IMG/VR virus record: IMGVR_UViG_3300037461_000951
Span: 1 to 64,000 of that record
Direction: 5' to 3' (one strand)
DNA: 64,000 bases
Origin: a virus
The notes under the pieces are model-generated. The model made no database searches and was not told the origin of the DNA. It was given only the letters and a program-made list of their open reading frames with translations. The first letter of the stretch is position 1, and each line of letters begins with the position of its first letter. Shown here piece after piece: positions 59,850-64,000 of this stretch. Made by a program: the position numbers and the translations under genes.

Positions 59850-60191
59850 TTAAAGTTCTCCAGAAGTTATTCCAAGATTCATTGAATCTGCTGATAAGCA
59901 AAGTGCTTTGTATTGATCATGTTTTTCTTTAGCGATTTTAATTTTATTTAAGTCTCCTGTTTTTTCTGCATTACTGAGTTCTTTAGCGAGTTTGATTAAA
60001 ACTCGAAAATTAGTCACAATTCTAATCATTAAAGTTCTTAAGTAGGTGTTTAAATAGGTTTATATTTTTCTACTTTGTCCACATTACAATGTGGACAATA
60101 ATAATGAATACCTTCGTTGGTTTCGATAAAGTATCTCCATTGATGCTTTCCTGATAATTTACAAAAAAGAATTTTGATGTAGTTATACACA

Positions 60192-61040
60192 TTAATCTCC
60201 ATAAAGAATTTTGGCGATAGCAAGTTCTGCACAGATTGTTTTTCCTGAACTGGTTGCGGTGCCTAAAATTAAATTACAATCTTTATTCCAAACATTGGAA
60301 TGATATACTGTGGTTTGCACATGATTAAATTCTTTAAATGGGTAGCGAATAAAAGGCCACTGTTCGGTGGGAACACACACTTGTTCGGTGTCGATGTCCC
60401 AATTTTTGAAGTTAGAGTTTTTTGGAAAAGTGGTATGAGATTTAATAGCTAATGTTTCAATTTTACGTTCAATCTCGGGTGGTACTGCCGACATTTGGTA
60501 GTTTTGATCTTTAAATGGATTCTCTTTTAATGGATAATTTCTAAAAGCGTTTTCCATTTTATTGAAACCGCTTTTACTGCATTGTCCAAAGATCGAACAA
60601 CCATAAAAAACGGCTCCATCAGATTGACGTGTGCGTTTTACCGTGTGTACCCGATTCTGAACACATTTACAAAAGCGATTTTGTTGTTGCATCAAATCTA
60701 CGACCTTGTTCATGTGATTCACTCGGTCGGTTAAACGCTCTTGTACGGTAGTATCACCTTCTACTCGTAAAATTTTACTTTCTTGATAACAAATTTTACC
60801 GGCAAAGCGATCCCATAAAATGATACGAATAGCATCTTCTCCAACACTTCGAGTGAGTCCTTCTCGTTCTTCAACGGTCGTATAAATATGACATTCTAAT
60901 CCATGGACCGGGTAACGATGGCAAATAACCAATTCTGTGCCACGGGTGGGCGTACTGATATGGTAGTCGTTGGGTCCGAAATAATGGTCAGCCCAAGCAG
61001 TAAAATCTTGTTTGGTTAAAGTAACGAATTCTTTGCTCAT
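60192..61040 (-). CDS. Ski2-like helicase N-terminal fragment (Q motif and Walker A) fused to an unknown domain and zinc ribbon
   Basis: Ends PFKEFNHVQ...NLILGTATSSGKTICAELAI; internal CKC...FYGCS....C. Confidence 0.85.
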   Translation of the reverse strand: MSKEFVTLTKQDFTAWADHYFGPNDYHISTPTRGTELVICHRYPVHGLECHIYTTVEEREGLTRSVGEDAIRIILWDRFAGKICYQESKILRVEGDTTVQERLTDRVNHMNKVVDLMQQQNRFCKCVQNRVHTVKRTRQSDGAVFYGCSIFGQCSKSGFNKMENAFRNYPLKENPFKDQNYQMSAVPPEIERKIETLAIKSHTTFPKNSNFKNWDIDTEQVCVPTEQWPFIRYPFKEFNHVQTTVYHSNVWNKDCNLILGTATSSGKTICAELAIAKILYGD

Positions 61041-61105
61041 GGTATGTTCATGTGGTGGTGTGGGTAAATGCAGTATAGCATATATTAATATGATAGTGCA
61101 AGTGT

Positions 61106-61627
61106 TTACTCTTTATTAACAAAGAATTTTTTATAAGCGGACAAGATGGCTGCTTTGGCAGCGTAATCTACTGGATCTCCAGATTTAACGGGCATTAAAC
61201 TGAGACTCGCTTTAAAATAACGAACTAGATGTTGCCAAATTTCATCGTTGTCATTAATAAATATCCATCGTTTGGATGCAACGAAGATGTGGTTATTTTT
61301 TGGATCTTTAATGTTAAAAAATCCCATGAAGCGACAGTCAAAGGTTCGACAAACGGTGGGGACACGATCATGGATGGAACAACCTTGTGGAACTAAATAA
61401 GTACACTCTCCATTGGGTTTGTGTTTTAAATGATATCTGTTTTCTGATTTTGAAAATTTGGTTTTAAAGTTGAGTTTGATTTCATGAGGATAGAGTTGTG
61501 CGTTGACAAATCCAGTACAACACGCATGACATTCTCCACATGGAACAGCAATTCCTTTTTCTTGGCCTTCTCCAGTATCTTTTACCCATTGAGATACATA
61601 AACATTGACTTTAGTTAATTCTTTCAT
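61106..61627 (-). CDS. YkgJ/UPF0153-like CxxCxxCC Zn/Fe-chelating protein
   Basis: CGECHACC...C.YL...GCSIH...P.VCR.FDC. Confidence 0.8.
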   Translation of the reverse strand: MKELTKVNVYVSQWVKDTGEGQEKGIAVPCGECHACCTGFVNAQLYPHEIKLNFKTKFSKSENRYHLKHKPNGECTYLVPQGCSIHDRVPTVCRTFDCRFMGFFNIKDPKNNHIFVASKRWIFINDNDEIWQHLVRYFKASLSLMPVKSGDPVDYAAKAAILSAYKKFFVNKE

Positions 61628-61686
61628 GGCGATGATTCACAAAAAGGTTTTAAGAATAAAGCCCGGAGAGTATCCGGGCTTGGTGA

Positions 61687-62013
61687 TTATTTCAGTTCCA
61701 GAATTAAATCTTCAGGTTGGATGACATAACCAAACTCGCTACGTTGTTCATATCGATGTTTTTTTACTGCGAAGTAATAAACACCTTGCGCATCATCCCC
61801 ATTGATGGCTGCACGAACCATGAGTTCATCTTCATCCAAAGTGGGATCATCTACATCGCGTTCCCAACACATCGTTTCAATGAGTTGACCTTTATTTTTT
61901 TTCAGCCAGTATAAATAATGAGCCTCTACACTGGTGGCTTTAGTGGGAAGTACAATAACATTAAGATCTTGTTCATATTGTTCAGGAAAAAAGTGTCGTT
62001 GATTGTCGTTCAT
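61687..62013 (-). CDS. hypothetical protein
   Basis: Coupled to upstream ORF; hairpin AAGCCCGGA/TCCGGGCTT downstream. Confidence 0.5.
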   Translation of the reverse strand: MNDNQRHFFPEQYEQDLNVIVLPTKATSVEAHYLYWLKKNKGQLIETMCWERDVDDPTLDEDELMVRAAINGDDAQGVYYFAVKKHRYEQRSEFGYVIQPEDLILELK

Positions 62014-62429
62014 GCCTGTAAAGAGACTGCTGATTTGGTGGAAGGTTTTAGCTCTTTGAGCTTTCGCTTACTACGGAAGGTGCGATTTCCCTTAGTGGTG
62101 GTGGTGATTAAATTGAATTGTTTGGGATTGAGCCATTTTTTTAAATCTTCAATTGAAAATTGGGCCAGTTCAATAAATTTTTCAACTCCAAGTTCTTGTA
62201 ATACTTTTTTATTGTCAGTCACGATGGTTTTTTCTGCGGGTGCTGTAATGAGCAATTCGAATTCTTTACCTGTTAAGTTTAAACTATCTTCTGGTAGATC
62301 TTTAATGATCGCTTCAATAATTTTTTTACAGCCGTCTTTAATTTTAGTTTGTTCCTTAATGATTTCGGAGCTACGACCGTATTGATCGATTTCAGACATG
62401 ATTGCGGGTTTGACTTGAACATTTTGCAT
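62010..62429 (-). CDS. hypothetical protein
   Basis: ATG after GGAG; helical, basic C-terminus. Confidence 0.55.
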   Translation of the reverse strand: MQNVQVKPAIMSEIDQYGRSSEIIKEQTKIKDGCKKIIEAIIKDLPEDSLNLTGKEFELLITAPAEKTIVTDNKKVLQELGVEKFIELAQFSIEDLKKWLNPKQFNLITTTTKGNRTFRSKRKLKELKPSTKSAVSLQA

Positions 62430-62597
62430 GTTAATTCTCCAGTGATTAAAGCACAACCCGGTTTTTGGGTTGACGTATTATATAGTGTATGACATGGAAT
62501 GTCAAATGTCGCTCTTTAAAAAGTATTTGACATTTAAGTTCAGGTATAGTAACATATTGAAAACATTTAATTTATTCACCTTTGAGAGGCTTTTGTC

Positions 62598-63176
62598 ATG
62601 TATCCTGCCACACACATTAGTATGCATTTTAATCAGTATTGGCGTTCAGGATTGATTGAAGTAAAACCGATTAGAGTTGTTGATTTTAAAGAACTAGCAT
62701 TATTATACGATTTAGAAGATTTTATAGAAGAAGTTGATTTACCATTACGAGCACAAAGAAATTCAGAATTTTTATTGGAAACAAGTTCATTAAAAGATGT
62801 TTTTTATTTTGCATTAATGACGGTGGTTCGACAACGAGGGGTAAATAGTAAAGATAGATGTTTTAAGAATCAAAAGTTTTTATCATTGCAGGAATTGAAA
62901 AGTAAGACGATTAGTGGACAGTTGGAAAAACGACATGTATTAGATTCATTGTATGATTTATTTATATTTGCATATCGACGATGTTCAGGTTATTTTAAAC
63001 AAGAATTGAGTTTTTTGGTGACGAATAAAGATCATTATTATTATTATCTGTGGTTGTTTAATCAAGTGTATGATCGAATTGTGTGTGGTAGGAAGCAGCT
63101 TCAAGGGGAGTTGCATACGAAGGCGTTATTGACTACTTTATTAAAGAAAGATGTTTTGCAAGCATTAAAAGAGTGA
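62598..63176 (+). CDS. hypothetical protein
   Basis: 192 aa after TTGACA-17-TAACAT; hairpin terminator downstream. Confidence 0.5.
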   Translation: MYPATHISMHFNQYWRSGLIEVKPIRVVDFKELALLYDLEDFIEEVDLPLRAQRNSEFLLETSSLKDVFYFALMTVVRQRGVNSKDRCFKNQKFLSLQELKSKTISGQLEKRHVLDSLYDLFIFAYRRCSGYFKQELSFLVTNKDHYYYYLWLFNQVYDRIVCGRKQLQGELHTKALLTTLLKKDVLQALKE

Positions 63177-63459
63177 TCAATAGTTACCCGGTGTCATTGC
63201 CGGGTTTATTTTTAAAATTATTTGTCCTATGGATTAAAATGTGCTATGGTGCTTTTTATATTATGAGGTATTGCTGTTGTGATTGATGGTAGATTACAAA
63301 AGAAGATCAGTGATGTGGTGTTAGCGTGTCGGACGTGTAAACATTTCCGAGATGATGATCTTGATTATTTTTATTGTGTTTTACAGAAAAAAGAATTTCC
63401 GGCGTTGTGTTCTGATTATGAATATGTTTTTAAATTACCAACATTTGGGGTGGATGTAG

Positions 63460-63900
63460 ATGTATAATCCACTAGATGATTTAGATGTCATGGCTTTGAC
63501 GGTGTGGGCAGAAGCACGTGGAGAAGGCATTAAAGGACAATCCGCAGTCGCTTGGGTGATTCGTAATCGGTGGGAACATCCTCGTTGGTGGAGTCGGCAT
63601 CGAGATGGAATTCCTGATGATACGATTGAAGCAGTGTGTAAAGATCCTTGGCAATTTTCTTGTTGGAATCCCAATGATCCCAATCGTAGATTGTTAGATG
63701 ATGCTAGAACATTGGAACATCCGAGCTTAAAGAATATTCGTTTAATTTGTGAGAAAGTGCTTTTGAGTGAGATTCTTGATCCAACAGATCGTGCTGATCA
63801 TTATTGTACGACTAAGATTATTAAATATACAGGTTGGGCACGTGGAAGGAAGCCGGTAGCGGTTATCGGTAATCATTCGTTTTTTAGGATTGAGCTATGA
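63460..63900 (+). CDS. SleB/Hydrolase_2 cell wall hydrolase
   Basis: LT.W.EARGE...G..AVA.VI.NR, QFSCWN, DPT..A.HY, IG.H.F. Confidence 0.92.
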   Translation: MYNPLDDLDVMALTVWAEARGEGIKGQSAVAWVIRNRWEHPRWWSRHRDGIPDDTIEAVCKDPWQFSCWNPNDPNRRLLDDARTLEHPSLKNIRLICEKVLLSEILDPTDRADHYCTTKIIKYTGWARGRKPVAVIGNHSFFRIEL

Positions 63901-64000
63901 AAATCATTCATCCGAATACGCAATCCACATTGATCATGAACGATCAATGCCCGTTCATTGCCGAGATCGAAACTCACGCTGGATCGGATGAAGTGTTTTA

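Noticed and set aside
54871-60191. Group I intron or intein joining the helicase halves
   Set aside because: No recognisable intron core or intein terminal residues; the interval contains opposite-strand genes and a bidirectional terminator
9600-63900. Genome-wide stop-codon reassignment
   Set aside because: Conserved genes are full-length in the standard code, all three stops are used, and there is no suppressor tRNA

Overview
Segment of a large, AT-rich tailed-phage genome; a ProQ/FinO-domain gene points to a proteobacterial host. 1-9.6 kb (+) is the end of a tail/baseplate operon. 9.6-56 kb (mostly -) holds tRNA-Glu, tRNA-Leu and an atypical tRNA-like element, then a self-contained replication/recombination set: SNF2, DnaB-like helicase, 5'-3' exonuclease, Mre11/SbcD, resolvase, RecA, ThyA, SSB, UvsY-like protein, clamp loader, family A polymerase, UDG, beta clamp and ligase. 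It also holds a 7-deazaguanine-type DNA modification cluster (DpdA-like transglycosylase, FolE, QueD-like protein, SPASM radical SAM, GT4 glycosyltransferase), two ParB-like genes, and Ro60/TROVE with four tandem Y RNAs. A plasmid-like replicon follows (Rep, RHH, 7 iterons, parS-like sites, a perfect 38-bp palindrome). Most notable: (i) an uncharacterised 256-aa protein gene directly followed by a ~450-nt RNA with two circularly permuted tRNA mimics of YrlA topology but no Ro-binding stem (56.7-57.9 kb); (ii) the four-member modular Y RNA array; (iii) a Ski2/Hel308-like helicase split between motifs I and Ia into two genes 5.3 kb apart; (iv) a deazaguanine pathway carrying a glycosyltransferase and SPASM enzyme, with no QueC/QueE in the window. 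All calls come from motif recognition and manual base-pairing; no searches or folding programs were run.
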